Origin: Rhizophagus irregularis
Lineage: Eukaryota
Assembly (NCBI RefSeq): GCF_026210795.1
Contig: NC_089435.1
Coordinates: forward strand, 3,596,001-3,660,000
DNA: 64,000 bases
Reading direction: 5' to 3'
The position numbers were made by a program, and so were the translations under genes. The notes beneath the pieces were generated by a model. The model did not search any database, was not told the origin of the DNA, and saw nothing but the letters and a program-made list of their open reading frames with translations. Shown piece by piece: positions 1 to 12,457 of this stretch. The number at the start of each line of letters is the position of its first letter. The first letter of the stretch is position 1.

Positions 1-389
1 TACTTACATAAGTTTAAATTGTGTTATATAAATTTTCTTTTTGGAATTCTAGTTTAAAAATATCATGAATTAATCACTAATTTAACCAAAAGTAGAAATT
101 AGGCTGGATTATCTTGCCATACCATCCTTGCAGGTCATTTTGATCGGCAGTCTGCTTTTGTTTTTAGATTTGAACAAGTTGCAAGAGAGAGATCTTATTT
201 AATACAAAACTATAGTCCCCGGGCGAAAGCAATGGCGGTGTGAATGAAATCTCATTTTTAAGTAATAGCACGAGCATTTTCCCAATTTGGAATTATTAAT
301 TGTTTCCAAATTGGTAAATAGGCTTTACATTTAAAATCAAACGAGAAAAAAATAATATACAATAAATTTTTTCTGTTTTTTCTTTTAAA

Positions 390-716
390 ATGGCATTAAC
401 CACCATTGAAAAAAACAGAAATGTCGTTAAACTTCTTTGGCAGCAAAAAAGCTGAAATGCAAGGGAAATTTCACAAAGAACAGGAGTTCCCTTACGCTCC
501 GGTGAACGGTACGTTAGTTCATTAAAAAAAAGTGTCAAAGTTATTAGGTTATCTGTCTGGTCGACCGTACCACTACAGCTGGTGAAACGAAGGCACAACT
601 TGAGGAAAAAAATCCAGAGCTTGAGGTTAGCGAACGTACCATTTGTCGTGAGCTTAAAAACCTTTGGTTTTGTATCCATTCGTTCCAGGAGGGTTTCTCT
701 TTTGACACAAAAAGCA
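390..716 (+). pseudogene. Tc1/mariner (IS630-like) transposase N-terminal HTH fragment, disrupted
   Basis: Manual translation from ATG 390 gives MALTTIEKNRNVVKLLWQQKS*NAREISQRTGVPLRS, then after a frameshift AQLEEKNPELEVSERTICRELKNL/GFVSIRSRRVSLLTQKA. This resembles Tc1-type paired HTH regions (VSxRTIxRxL). It has a stop and frameshifts, and no DDE domain. Confidence 0.65.
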
Positions 717-901
717 GTAACACGATAGATACGAGTATCATTTGGTAAATGATAATAAAACTCAAATATAATATTATGAGGCGCAAGAGTCGTAGAATTA
801 ATATTATTAATGTGCAAGGTGTTTAAATTCGTATCAGATACACCAACATTGTTAATTAAAGTATGTTGATTATTTTCATTATTATTATTAAGAATTTGCA
901 T
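717..901 (-). pseudogene. Truncated hypothetical gene (Asn-rich N-terminus, FYYHLPNDTRIYRVT motif)
   Basis: Only the first ~62 aa of ORF 296..901 look genuine. The rest is the antisense of the Tc1 fragment, which abuts and truncates it. Confidence 0.4.
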
Positions 902-1683
902 TTTTATGCTATTTTAATCCACTTCATAAACTTTATTTAAACTTTTCCTATAAAAATTTCTCCACTTTATGTATTATTGCTATGCCTAATAAAAATATCG
1001 GTCTACGAAAATTTACGTCCTATTGGGCTGAACGATATTATTAGACAGATTTTATTATATAAAATAAATATTATTTTCCATCTCTATTATTGAAAATATT
1101 TAAAATATTATTATTATTATTTTATATAATAAAGCATTAATACATCAAATTTTTCCATGATTTTCTGTAATTCAAAAAGTCGTGATTTTTTAATTTCTTT
1201 AACACAAAATTGATACAGCAGAAGAAGGTATTATTATTATTATTATTAAGAACATTTTTTTATTTATTATAATGTAAAATTTAATTTAGATTAGTTCAAA
1301 CATTTCATTATTTTATTACATTATAATGATTAAATATTTATTTAAATTAATTTTCTATTATAGTAATTATGATAGAATGTTCAAATTTTATTAAATCTTT
1401 TAATATCTTTAAATAAATCAATTTTTTATTATGATAATTATGATAGAAACTAAATTTTTGGTCAATTATAATTAAATTTTATAAATTTTTTATTTAAAAA
1501 AATCAACTAAAATTATATTTTAACATATTCCAAAAAAGTACTTTTTTAATGAAGAGAGGGCAAAGGAATTTGTAATTTGATCGTCATTAAACAATTAAAC
1601 AATCGCAAACTTTATTTTTTTTAAAAAAAAATTTTTTTTTTTGCTCTTCTTACTTTTCCAAATTTTAGTCAAAACTAATTTTG

Positions 1684-2107
1684 GATGATAATATCGAAGT
1701 TGGTGAAGATCCAAATGAATAATATTTTGCGCGTATATGATTATACCGCCGTTCTCCTTTAAGATTAAGGCGAACTTTGGCTTTCAATAAAAAGAATGAT
1801 AATCATGATGTCTTGTCTCACATAAAAATTGTCAAATATTTCACCAAAAACTTTTCAAATTTTTCCACAATATTAAAGTTATATACCAATTTTTTTTATT
1901 ATATTAAAATTTTTGTTATCTAGATATATTTATAGTGGAGTTATTTTATTAAATGAACAAGAAACTTCAGAGTTTTGGTCGTCGCTTCTTCAAGAACTAA
2001 TGGATTATTTGCAGCCATATTTAATTGTAAATAAATCTAAGTGGATGGAACAATATTTTGAACTTGGGGAGATTATTCCTGCTGATCTTCTGTACCAAAA
2101 TTTTTAG
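1684..2107 (+). pseudogene. BTB/POZ(-BACK) domain gene remnant
   Basis: Fragments IEVGEDPN, LRRTLAFNKKNDNHDVLSHIK, RYIYSGVILLNEQETSE and LQELMDYLQPYLIVNKSKWMEQYF match the expanded BTB-BACK family of Glomeromycotina. There are stops, frameshifts and deletions. Confidence 0.7.
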
Positions 2108-2861
2108 GAACTGCGGAAGAGATATCAAATTTCTAGATTAAAACTATATACAAAATGTCAGAAAAAATAGTTTTAACGTATGAAGAGCCCACAAACGAAT
2201 TTATAGAGCAGTTCTACGAACAGTTTATAGGGTTTGAAGATACGCTTTTGAAAAAAAATTATGAAGTAAGCACAACGCCAGAATCATAGTTCCTTAACCG
2301 CTGCTTTACTGTACTCTGGGTTTTGAAATAAATTTTATAAATCCCTTAATTTTGGTCGGCCCATATATGTACGAAAATTCAAAGTTATATGTTGTATGAA
2401 AATATTTCGTATTAGTATAATTTTTTTGAGATTTTATATGTACAGTCAAGTTAGAAGGAAAATAAAGCACGACTTGAAATTGAAGACAAAAGCAAAAATA
2501 TTTATATTTTTTCACTAGTTTGCACACTAATGAAAAATTTATATCTAACTTGCTTCCCATAATACATTAAGTTTTCATAATGCTGAAGCAGCAGCCTTCT
2601 CAAAAACGGAACTATCCAAATTTTTATTTTTCCTTTGGTACAGCAACATCTTTAAGTTCTCCTACAGCTCTTGGAAGGGCATTACGCTTCTGGATAATTT
2701 ATTGAATAGTTTCTATATGTTCCTACTTGGTTTAAGTCTAATGAATTCACTGGCAAATCATTTATTTCATTTTAGCCGATTTTGGCTTCTTTTACTATAT
2801 ATTTTAATGTTTTTCTCTTATTTTGGAAACTCAATCATACAAATTATTGTATTACATCTTA

Positions 2862-3108
2862 AAGCTATTTGCAAAAATAACGGACTACCTAATTCGATTT
2901 TCGACTGCGTATGAAATTTTCATACGCAGCCATACGCAGTCATACACGCATAGTAAACTGCTAGAATTATGTGATATAACTGCGGATGACTGCATATGAA
3001 AAATTCAAAAAATGAGTTTGACGGTCCGCCATGCCGTCCATGCGTATGACTGCGTATGAAAATTTCATACGCAGTCGAAAAATGAATTAGGTGGTCCGCA
3101 AATAGCTG
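2862..3108. mobile_element. MITE with ~70-bp TIRs, probably Tc1/mariner type
   Basis: Left AGCTATTTGC..CGGACTACCTAATTCGATTTTCGACTGCGTATGAAATTTTCATACGCAG matches the reverse complement of the right end (...GAATTAGGTGGTCCGCAAATAGCTG|TA). TA flanks the right end; the left end is slightly degenerate. Confidence 0.75.
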
Positions 3109-3663
3109 TAAAAGGACAAATAAGTAGAAAGTTTCCAAAAAAATGGAAATAAATGGCATTGTGGCATAAGCAATCGGAATTACTTTCCGTACTATTGAAA
3201 TACAATGGCGTAAATGTACAGTCGTACTGTACTACTTTACTCATTACTTGATCTGCATCAAAGTAATGATTTGCAAATTTGTACTAGTACTTATTAGTAC
3301 TGAATGACCGAAGTCTCTACAGACTAACTTAATTTAGTTAAACTCAATCTTAGTTTTCTTTTAAAAAAAAAAAATTTTTTTTTGTAACTGTATCACAAAA
3401 TGGCTCTTAATGCTATATAATTGGCCGTTTCAACTTATTTAAATGTCCCCCCCCCCCCCCCTTAAATTTAAAGTACAATTTTCAGAAATTTTCCCAAATT
3501 TCAAAATTTTTTTTTGTTTTGTTTGTTTAATAAAAACACCCATCCCCCCCCTCAAACTTTTCTGAAAATCTGGACGTTAAACAAATAATCAAGTTGAAAA
3601 TACATTCAAATTTTTTTTATTATTATCAATTCTTTTCACAACATACATAAATTATTTATTAAA

Positions 3664-6041
3664 ATGGAACTTGTAAATACAAATGATGAAAATTCTTTTG
3701 ATCCAACACCAAGATTAAAGTCTAGTCCTGTACCTATTAAATTTATTTCTTTTAATGAAAAGGATATATATTGTATTTATTGTAGAGAAGAATATATTGA
3801 CACTTCTCTGTCATAAGCAAAGATACTGTAAAAAATGTTTATCACTTTATATCAGTTATATAACTGATGATAATATTTACTTAGACGTATATATCTGCAC
3901 AATAGACTTGGAATTTAATTTAAGTCGTAAAAGAGTATCACGAAATATTCAAGAATGCTATGAAAATAACTCAAGAATTTTATGTTTTAAACAAATAAAT
4001 GGATATATTAAAGATTTATATTTTAATATCAATGATTTCAAAATATACAATAAAGTGATTAAAAGCGAAAAATATTGTAAATTATGTGGAAAGTCATTTT
4101 ATCATGGAACAGATAGGTTGAATATGGAGCAAAATAAATTAAAATTATGTTCAGATTGTTATCTAATTTCTTCCGGATGGATAGTATCAACTTTGATTAA
4201 TAAGCAAATCTCAATTCTTTACTTACCATGGTGGCATAATGTTTATCAATGCAATGCCTGTTATTCAACATTGATATTTATATCAGATTGTCAAAAGTAT
4301 TGTGAAAATTGTTATATATTTTATACTGGATGCAGATATTGCTTAACAACAAATGTTATTTTTGGACCTACAGGTCAATCTCAATGTAGAAAATGTAAAA
4401 GAATATCACTTATCAGTGAATTTAGTGGTTTTGATGATTTTATTTATAGTAATATTATATATGATAATTTAAGTAAATTAAAGTTTACTGAATTTGCAAA
4501 ATCTCTAAAAATGATTGATAAATATTTCGAACCATTTATCATAGATCTCACCTTTGAAAAAAGATATGACAGAGAACAAATTAAGTGGATACCGTATTCT
4601 CAATTTACGAATATAAATGAAATAGCACGAGGAGGATTTGGTATTATATATAAGGCAATTTGGTCAAGTGAAAATGAATCTGTCATTTTAAAAAGATTCG
4701 AAAATTCTAAAAATATAGAAAAATATTTTTTAAATGAGGTAAAATATATTTCACATATCTTATTTAGTAATAAATTTTAATTGTTTTAAAAATTAATTTT
4801 ATTCTTATAATTTTATATTAGTTAAAATCATATCAACATTGTTCTAATAGCCGTATTATTGAAATTTATGGGTTTACAAAAGATCCCAAATTAAAAGATT
4901 ATATATTAATTATGAGATATGCATCAGACGGAGATTTACATAAATATTTACAAAAGAATTTTACAAGTATTACATGGAATAAACAAAAACTACATATCTT
5001 ATGGCAAATTTCAGAAGGGTATTTATGGTTATTACTTATATTCTTTAAATTTAGGTTATCTGTTATTAAATTTTATTTTTTTTTAATTTAGACTTGAGAC
5101 CATTCATAATAAAAAATTTATGCATCGAGACTTTCATAGTGGAAACATATTATTTGATTCAACAAATAATAATTATGATAAAAATTATCAATGGAAAATT
5201 GGAGATCTAGGATTATCACAAGCTGTAAATAATAAATCATCAAATCATGAAAACTATGGAGTAATACCTTATATTGCTCCAGAAATCTTTGAAGGATCAG
5301 AATTTTCTCAGGAATCTGATATTTATAGTTTTAGCATGATTATGTGGGAACTTACAACAGGTTGTAACCCTTTTTCTAATATTAAGCATGATGTTCAACT
5401 TATTTATAAAATCCTTGATGGATTACGACCAAAAATTACAGAAGATACACCAAAATGTTATGCTAATTTAATGAAAAAGTGTTGGCATCCTAATCCAAAA
5501 AAAAGACCTTCTATAAAAAAAATTCGTTTAACTTTCGGTGGTTGGGCATTTAAAGGTAAAAATGAAGCAAAATTTATTCAAGCTGAAACAAAAAGAATGG
5601 AACTAATAACATCAAAGACGATTGGTCCCGAATTTGCTGAGAAACATCACTCAGAAGCCATTTATACAAGTAGACTATTAAATTCTTTTATTTCTGAGTA
5701 TTCATCCATCAATTTATCTTTATCATCAACGATCTCAATTAGCAATAGTAAACAAGGTATTAATTACTAATAAAATTTAATTATAATTTGAAATATTATA
5801 TAATTATTAATAAAATAAATCATATTCTTTAGGTTATGATCATAATTATATTTCAACAGAACAAGATTTTGATATAGATATTGAAAGGTATTTAAGAATT
5901 ATATGGATATCAAAAAATGTGTTTATTACAATTACAATTACAATTGATACTAATTATATGAATCTATCAATTTTGTTATTTAGTAGTTTACTATCACAAA
6001 ATTTAAGTTTATCAATTCAAAATTCTTTATCCATTCACTAA
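3664..6041 (+). CDS. Tyrosine-kinase-like protein kinase with Cys-rich (multiple CxxC) N-terminus; frameshift near 3800 (possible pseudogene or sequence error)
   Basis: ATG 3664 (MELVNTNDENSFDPTPRLKSSP, as in the paralog at 32952) shifts frame into ORF 3755. GT-AG introns are 4739-4821, 5019-5091, 5757-5832 and 5888-~5986. Kinase motifs GGFG, VILK, HRDFHSGN, DLG, PYIAPE, SDIYS and CW..P.KRP are present. Confidence 0.85.
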
Positions 6042-7435
6042 AAAAATGAAATATTAGAAATCTATGACGTTATTTTTTTTACTTTAAAATATATTATTAA
6101 TTTTTAAAATATTTAATCGAGTTTGTTGTTTATTTATAATCTATCTTTAACTATTATATTGTGTATATTAATTAGTATTTTAATAAATTTGACTAATTTT
6201 ATATTTAACTCTAAGTTGCAAATGAGTGCCTATATACTTACTGTATATGTAATATTTTATTTATTCGATTAAATATAAATCTATAAATAAATGTAAGCTT
6301 TGTATCCCTAATTTTTTATGATTTTTTTTTTCTGAGATAATCAAATTCAAAAGATTATATATTGATAAAATATGAAAATTTTTATTATAACAAATAAACG
6401 TTAAACATGGCAGGTTTTTGGATGATATTATTGTTGCGACGTAGCATCACGCTAAACTCAAATCTTCCGATTCTAAAGAAAAACACGAAAAAAAATTAAA
6501 AATTAAAAAAAAAATAAATAAAAAAATCTGGTCTTAAAAAACTGGAATAAAATATTATAATAAAAAGGAAAAGAAGAAAATATGGACGCCTGAACAGATC
6601 AGAACGAACGAAACGTTAACGTTAACATTAACGTTAACAATAAACAAAGTTTTCAAGTGGTTTCCTTTTAAAAATGGCTACAGTATATAAACTCGTTAAT
6701 GATTCATTTATTCTTATTATGAGTTTTAGAGAGTGAATATTCGTTTTTTTAAGTATATTTTTTTTTACCTTTATAATCTAACAAAAATCTTTATTTTTAC
6801 ATATTATATTTGTTAAATCGATAATAAATTTATTTATAATAAACTATATAAACAAAATTTATATCATTTTATTATATTGATTTTAAAATTTATTAAGTTT
6901 TTGATCTTTTTTTTGTTGTTTTGATTAGTAGCAAATCACGAGATCACACTTAGTTCCAAAATCGGTGATAATAGCAATGTAAGAAAATTTAAGCGTAAAC
7001 AAAAATTCAATTTTTTAATCTAAAATCATTTACATCAATCTTAAACATTTTAATAACTAGAAAAAGAGGAAAAAAAAAATTTCTGGTTTTGAAAAAAAAA
7101 AATAATAATCGGCAACACGATATACTGCGGCTGATCGCACCATCTCATAACGAAAAAAAAAATCTGATCAAGCTGAAACTGGATTAGCCACAAAAATCTT
7201 CACGAGCCAACCAACTGGAATAGATCAGACGCAGATATATCGTTATTTAGGCCATCTATTAGTCATGACCATGAAAAAATTACTCATATTGTCAAACAAT
7301 TGTATTGTCAAAACAATTGCATTATGCAAGATACTATGCTCCCAAAAAGTATTTATATACACTCAATACGGGCAATACCTCTCTTTTTTTTCATCATCTT
7401 TTTTTTTCGTCAACTAATAATATTATATATATACA

Positions 7436-8312
7436 ATATATCTATCTTCTCTCTGCCTAGGCTTCTCTTTATTAGGTCTTCTATCTCTTAGGCATTTTTA
7501 TTTACGTCTTCCTTTAGAGTGTGGGAGTGTAGGTTGGGTTTGTATGTGGTGTTTTTATCATATATTTTTTTCATTTATTTTTTAGGTCTATCTTCTCTCT
7601 GTCTAGGTCTTCTCTATTAGGTCTTCTTTTAGACCCCTTTTTTTTTCATTTCGTCGTCTTTTTTTTCATCTCTGTCTAGGTCTTCTCTTCATTAGGTCTT
7701 CTTTCTTTATGTCCTCCTTTAAGTAAGTGGGTAGTGTGGGTTAGGCTTGGGAGTTATGTGGTTGGTGTGGGATGGGAGTGTGAGCGTGTGGGTTGGGAGT
7801 GCGGGTGGGAGTGTGGGAGTGTGGGCGTGTGGCTTGGGAGTGCGGGTGGGAGTGTGGGAGTGTGGGCGTGTGGGCGTGTGGGTTGGGAGTGTGGGAGTGT
7901 GGGATGGGAGTGTGGGAAGTGTGGGAGTGTGGGTTGGGAGGAGTGCGGGTTGGGAGTGTGGAAGTGTGGGAGTGTGGGTTGGGAGTGCGGGTGGGTGTGG
8001 AAGTGCGGGTTGGGAGTGTGAGTGTGGGTTTGTGTGTGGGTTTGTGTATGTGGTGTTTCATTTATTATTTTTTTCGTCATCCTTTTTTTAGGTTTATCTT
8101 CTTTCTGTCCAGGACTTCTCTTTACTAGATATTCTTTTAGGCCCTTTTTCTTTACGTCTCTCTTTAGGTATGTGGGTTGGGAGTGTGGGAGTGTGGGAGT
8201 GTGTGTGTGGTATTTTAACTTATTTTTTTTCCTCTTTTTTTTTAGGTCTATCTTCTCTGTCTAGATCTTCTCTTTATTAGTCCTTTTCTTTTAGGCCCCT
8301 TTCTTTACGTCT
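7436..8312. repeat. Composite repeat: pyrimidine-rich TAGGTCTTCT modules alternating with G-rich (GTGGGAGT/GTGGGTTGGGA)n tracts
   Basis: The main G-rich tract is ~7727-8055, with shorter tracts at ~7518-7550 and ~8170-8210. The module TCTATCTTCTCT(CT)GTCTAG..TCTTTATTAG recurs about 4 times and again inverted at ~60595-60666. The ORFs here are artefacts. Confidence 0.85.
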
Positions 8313-8759
8313 TATTACCGATCCACAAGATAAGTATAAATATTTTTTCTTTCTTTAACATAAACTCCGACGGTATTTTTTAGTTTATAAGCACATATAC
8401 TGTAATTAATTTTACTATTTTATCATTTTTTTTTTTTGCTTTACCGACATAAGAATTTAATGTTTAAATATTTGATTTTATGAATTTTGAAAAGTAACAT
8501 GTTTTAATACTTTTAAATTTTTAATTGAACATCAAATTTTGTAATTACTATTTATTAATCGTTTCGTTAATACTTATAAAAATTTGAATGAGTGATTTTT
8601 TGGATGGAGTAGGGACTTTGAAAATCTTTTGGCAAAATGTTTTCACTAAAAAAAAATCACGAATTAATAACATTGTATAACTTGCTTTATATAATCATGA
8701 TTAGCACTAGTGGTAGAAGTTTTAAGTTTGTACTAAATGTGAAGAATATTTTATCTATA

Positions 8760-9575
8760 AAAATTATGGGATGGTGTAAACTATGTAAAATAAATTGGTT
8801 AAAAGATATTCCACCAACTGAACCAGTGAAATAAACAAATTGATAAATTTAATTTAAGAAATACGTATTAGTTATTTACTAATCTAGTAGTATATAAATG
8901 GGTTATCATCCGAAGGATGATGGCCCATTTATATACTAAACTAGATCAGTAAATAACTTTTTTATCATCCTAGATATACTAATTGGTCCGCCAGTTTATA
9001 ACTGGCGGAAAAAATCCTAAATACCAATTAGTAGCCAGGTGATAAAATTAATTATACAACGTTTGGAATATAATTATACAAGAAATTCAGTAAATAGAGA
9101 AGTTATTTTATTACATCTAATTACACAAAATATTACTAATGTATTTCTGAAGTCTGAAAAAGATATGTAAGTCTTCTATAAATTTAATTTTAAATATTTT
9201 CTATAATATTGATTATATTATAGTCTTTGATTTAAATCAATTTTTAAAATTGTTTGTGATAGATATGTTAATAAATATAATGCAGAATATAAATGATGTA
9301 AAAAAGTTATTTGAATGAAATTTTACAAACTGGACAAACAAATTGATAGATTAACAGATTAATTTAAGTAATGCAATTAAAAATTTGATCATAAAGATAT
9401 ACAATTAAATGAATCAATAGCTTTAAAATGTTTATAATTCTCAGAATATTTCCAGTAATTTTTTAAATGAGGTATGTAAATATTTTTGAACTCTTTTCTT
9501 AAATATTATAATTAACTAGTTTCTTTCTTTAGGTTAAAACATATTCAATTGATAATTATAAAAATATATGGTATA
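8760..9575 (+). pseudogene. Degenerate TKL kinase N-terminal remnants
   Basis: Fragments GWCKLCKINWLK, FTNWT..KQID, YNSQNISSNFLNE|GT intron AG|VKTYS..IYGI have the same intron position as the intact kinases. There are many stops. Confidence 0.55.
8870..9047. repeat. Two adjacent imperfect palindromes (double hairpin)
   Basis: Hairpin 1 (8870-8958) is AGTTATTTACT..AGTATATAAATGGG.ATCATCC-GAA-GGATGAT.CCCATTTATATACT..AGTAAATAACT. Hairpin 2 (8960-9047) has TACTAATTGGT/ACCAATTAGTA and CCGCCAGTT/AACTGGCGG arms. Confidence 0.85.
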
Positions 9576-9750
9576 AGGACTCTGAGCAATATATATATAA
9601 CGATAAGGTGTCAAAAATTTTATAATAGCTCTACGCAAGGTTTTTATTAAGATAAATAAGCAAATTCAACGTGTGGCTTCACGAATTTCCAAAAAATAAG
9701 CAATCAATAGAGGAAAATTTAAATAAGCAGATGCAACGATAAAGATAGTA

Positions 9751-9982
9751 GGCCAGTTCATTTCTGATCGTTCGGGTTGTTGACAATCCGAACATATGAT
9801 CAAAATCAAAATTGAGTACACTGTTCAAAATAACCAATCAGCCCATTTGTTTTTGTTGTGCTTTGCCTATTTTAAAATACGATCAGGGTCACTGATCGAG
9901 TTACACAATCCTGTATTCCTGTTAGCCAATAATATCTACTTGAAACCCATCAAAAATCCGAACGATCAAAATTGAACTGGCC
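9751..9982. mobile_element. MITE-like element with 25-bp TIRs
   Basis: GGCCAGTTCATTTCTGATCGTTCGG (9751) pairs with CCGAACGATCAAAATTGAACTGGCC (ending 9982) with 2 mismatches. No clear TSD. Confidence 0.65.
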
Positions 9983-10257
9983 CAGTGTATATCAGAGAGC
10001 ATAACTCGCGTTGCAATACATATTCTTGTATATAATGTCTCTATAGTGGGAGAAATGGTGTTATTTCGATTTTTCTCAACATATTCTCTGAATATTTGTC
10101 GTAAGCGCGACCTCAATCTTACTCTAAAGGCGCAAGTAACAAGAAACAGAGTACAATATATGTTCGCGTTTTTATAATCATCTAAGTACTTTGCAAGGCC
10201 TATCCAAGAGACACACAGTTCGATGCCAAACCCCTGCAAGCTCATCACAAATTGTAA

Positions 10258-10360
10258 TGATTTAATATTCCAATCTAATTTATTAAAATTATTTTCTAAA
10301 TTATTTCTCAATATACCATCATCTGCATATTCAAGAATAAGCAAGTAGCCTAAATCTATA
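10258..10360 (-). pseudogene. Short kinase-domain fragment (subdomain V region)
   Basis: YLLILEYADDGILRNNLENNFNKLDWNIK is typical of AMF TKL kinases. The flanking parts of ORF 9922..10380 are unrelated sequence. Confidence 0.6.
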
Positions 10361-10954
10361 TTTTGTTCTTTGTGTGACAATATTATAGTCGATTAATTGA
10401 TCTATTCGATCAATGATGATTATACAAGAACCCTAAGTGGCTAAGTCTTATAAGTTCTTGAAAAAGAAATTTCACTAAAAAAAAAAGTAATTCGAATAAA
10501 TGCATATTGATTATTTACATGAACTATAATTTGTAATTCGGTTATTATAAGAACTAATTTAAACAGGAATATAAACGAAATATTTTCTTTCATTCTTTTT
10601 AACCTCAAGTTTATCTTTGCAGTAATTTCTAATTCTTCTTTTTAATTTTAACCTAACGCTAACGTTTTCCGAATTTAATTTCAACAAATTTTGGAATGGT
10701 TTAAAGGTTCGAAGCAATAATTCACTATAACATCTTAAAGTTAATCATCTTCTCTTGATTCTTTTTAAGAATGATTGATCGACATCGATTCGAATCCAAA
10801 AAAAAAATTAGTGCAAGTTACACAACGCATGGCGTTAATGTACATCCGAAAAAATTTCGCATATTTATTACACAACGAGTCAATGAGTGAATATAAATAA
10901 ATCTTCATTCTTTATTTTAACGCCATAATTTTTCTTTGAAACAACGAGGAAAAA

Positions 10955-12457
10955 ATGGCTCATCAACTTCCAACTGACTGTTTAAATGAAATTATTGAAT
11001 ATTTAGAAGTAGATAAGCTAACTCTACATTCATGTGTATTAGTTAATCGACTTTGGTGTGAAATTTCTGTTAGAATTTTGTGGAGGGATATTTGGAATTT
11101 TAAATGTTCAATTTTTCGACAATATCGCCCATTAAATGTGGCATCATCTATTCTTAGTACATTAATTGCTTGTCTTCCCAATGAATCTAAAGAGCTCTTA
11201 TATAAAAATGAAATTTTTATTTCAACACCTACTTCAAAACCACTAATGTTTAATTATGCAGCATTTTGCAAAGTCCTTTCAATAAATGAGATTAATAGAA
11301 TAGTTGATAGTGTTCTTAGAGATGAACCATCTAATACTATTAATTCATTGAGTTTAAAAGATAGAAATTTTTTAGTAGCAAATGAAGTTATCAAAATGTT
11401 TACAAATCAAATTTCTTCATTAAAAAAATTAGCTTATCATTATAATCAATATCATAATAATTTTTCTTTCAATTATTTTTCTGGAATGAGAAATCTTTCA
11501 GAATTACATTGTAGTTCAAATCTTCCTTCTAATTTTTTTTATCAACTATCACATATTTGCCATAATTTACAATCAATTTTTATAAAATTTCATAATGATG
11601 TTGTTTCAAATGAATTAAAAGAATTAATTTCTTTACAAAATAATTTAAAACAATTAACTTTATTGGCTTATTTTAATGGAAGTTGGACAAATATTATACC
11701 TACTTTAACAAAACATGCTAATACAATAACAAAATTATATCTTGATAGTGATAATTACAAAGATAATTCATCATTATCATTTATTAGTTTATTTTCAAAT
11801 TTGCAAGAAATCATATTTTCATTTTCATTCTTTAGCGGAACAGATTTTGAAGATTTTAAACAATTACAACATATTAATTTTCCTAAATTACAAAAATTAA
11901 AATTTCTTGATCAATGTCCAAAACCTGAATATTTAATGAAATTCTTAGAAATTAATGGAAAAAATCTTAAAAAATTATATATGACTGAAAATAATGTTGA
12001 TTTAAGTTTATCTATTGCTGATTTTTGTCCAAATCTTAAAAACCTTTTTGTAATATTTAATAATGGTGAAATTGATACATTGAAAACTATTTTTATTAAT
12101 TGTCAATACTTGGAAAGTATCAAAATTTGGTGTGGATATAGATATTTAAATGAAATAGAAGTATTAGAAATGGTTGTAAATTATTCACCAAATAGTTTTC
12201 ATGAATTAAAAATATACATTTCAAATCCAGACTTCATATCTCCAAATGATTTGGAATCATTTTTTATAAAATGGAAGAATAGAGCACAAAAAAAAGTACT
12301 TTCCTTAATAATTATTAAAGATGATTATTATTGTAGTAGTTTAATAAACGAAGGAAATATGAAAATAATTAAAAAATATGAAAATTTGGGTGTTATTAAA
12401 TTTGAAAATAAGGGATATGAGGAAGAAGAAGATGGTGAAATAAATGATTATTATTGA
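10955..12457 (+). CDS. F-box / RNI-like leucine-rich-repeat protein (500 aa, intronless)
   Basis: N-terminal F-box-like LPTDCLNEIIEYL..LHSCVLVNRLWCEISVRILW, LRR-like repeats (CHNLQSI, CPNLKNL, CQYLESIKI) and an intact ORF. Confidence 0.92.
   Translation: MAHQLPTDCLNEIIEYLEVDKLTLHSCVLVNRLWCEISVRILWRDIWNFKCSIFRQYRPLNVASSILSTLIACLPNESKELLYKNEIFISTPTSKPLMFNYAAFCKVLSINEINRIVDSVLRDEPSNTINSLSLKDRNFLVANEVIKMFTNQISSLKKLAYHYNQYHNNFSFNYFSGMRNLSELHCSSNLPSNFFYQLSHICHNLQSIFIKFHNDVVSNELKELISLQNNLKQLTLLAYFNGSWTNIIPTLTKHANTITKLYLDSDNYKDNSSLSFISLFSNLQEIIFSFSFFSGTDFEDFKQLQHINFPKLQKLKFLDQCPKPEYLMKFLEINGKNLKKLYMTENNVDLSLSIADFCPNLKNLFVIFNNGEIDTLKTIFINCQYLESIKIWCGYRYLNEIEVLEMVVNYSPNSFHELKIYISNPDFISPNDLESFFIKWKNRAQKKVLSLIIIKDDYYCSSLINEGNMKIIKKYENLGVIKFENKGYEEEEDGEINDYY

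Noticed and set aside
296..901. 201-aa ORF as a single gene
   Set aside because: It is a chimera of a truncated gene and the antisense strand of a Tc1 transposase fragment.
7734..8264. Gly/Val/Trp- or His/Pro/Thr-rich ORFs; telomeric repeat
   Set aside because: The ORFs are translations of a simple repeat, and the motif is not TTAGGG.
9922..10380. 152-aa ORF as a real kinase gene
   Set aside because: Only ~30 aa are kinase-like; the rest runs through unrelated sequence and a MITE end.
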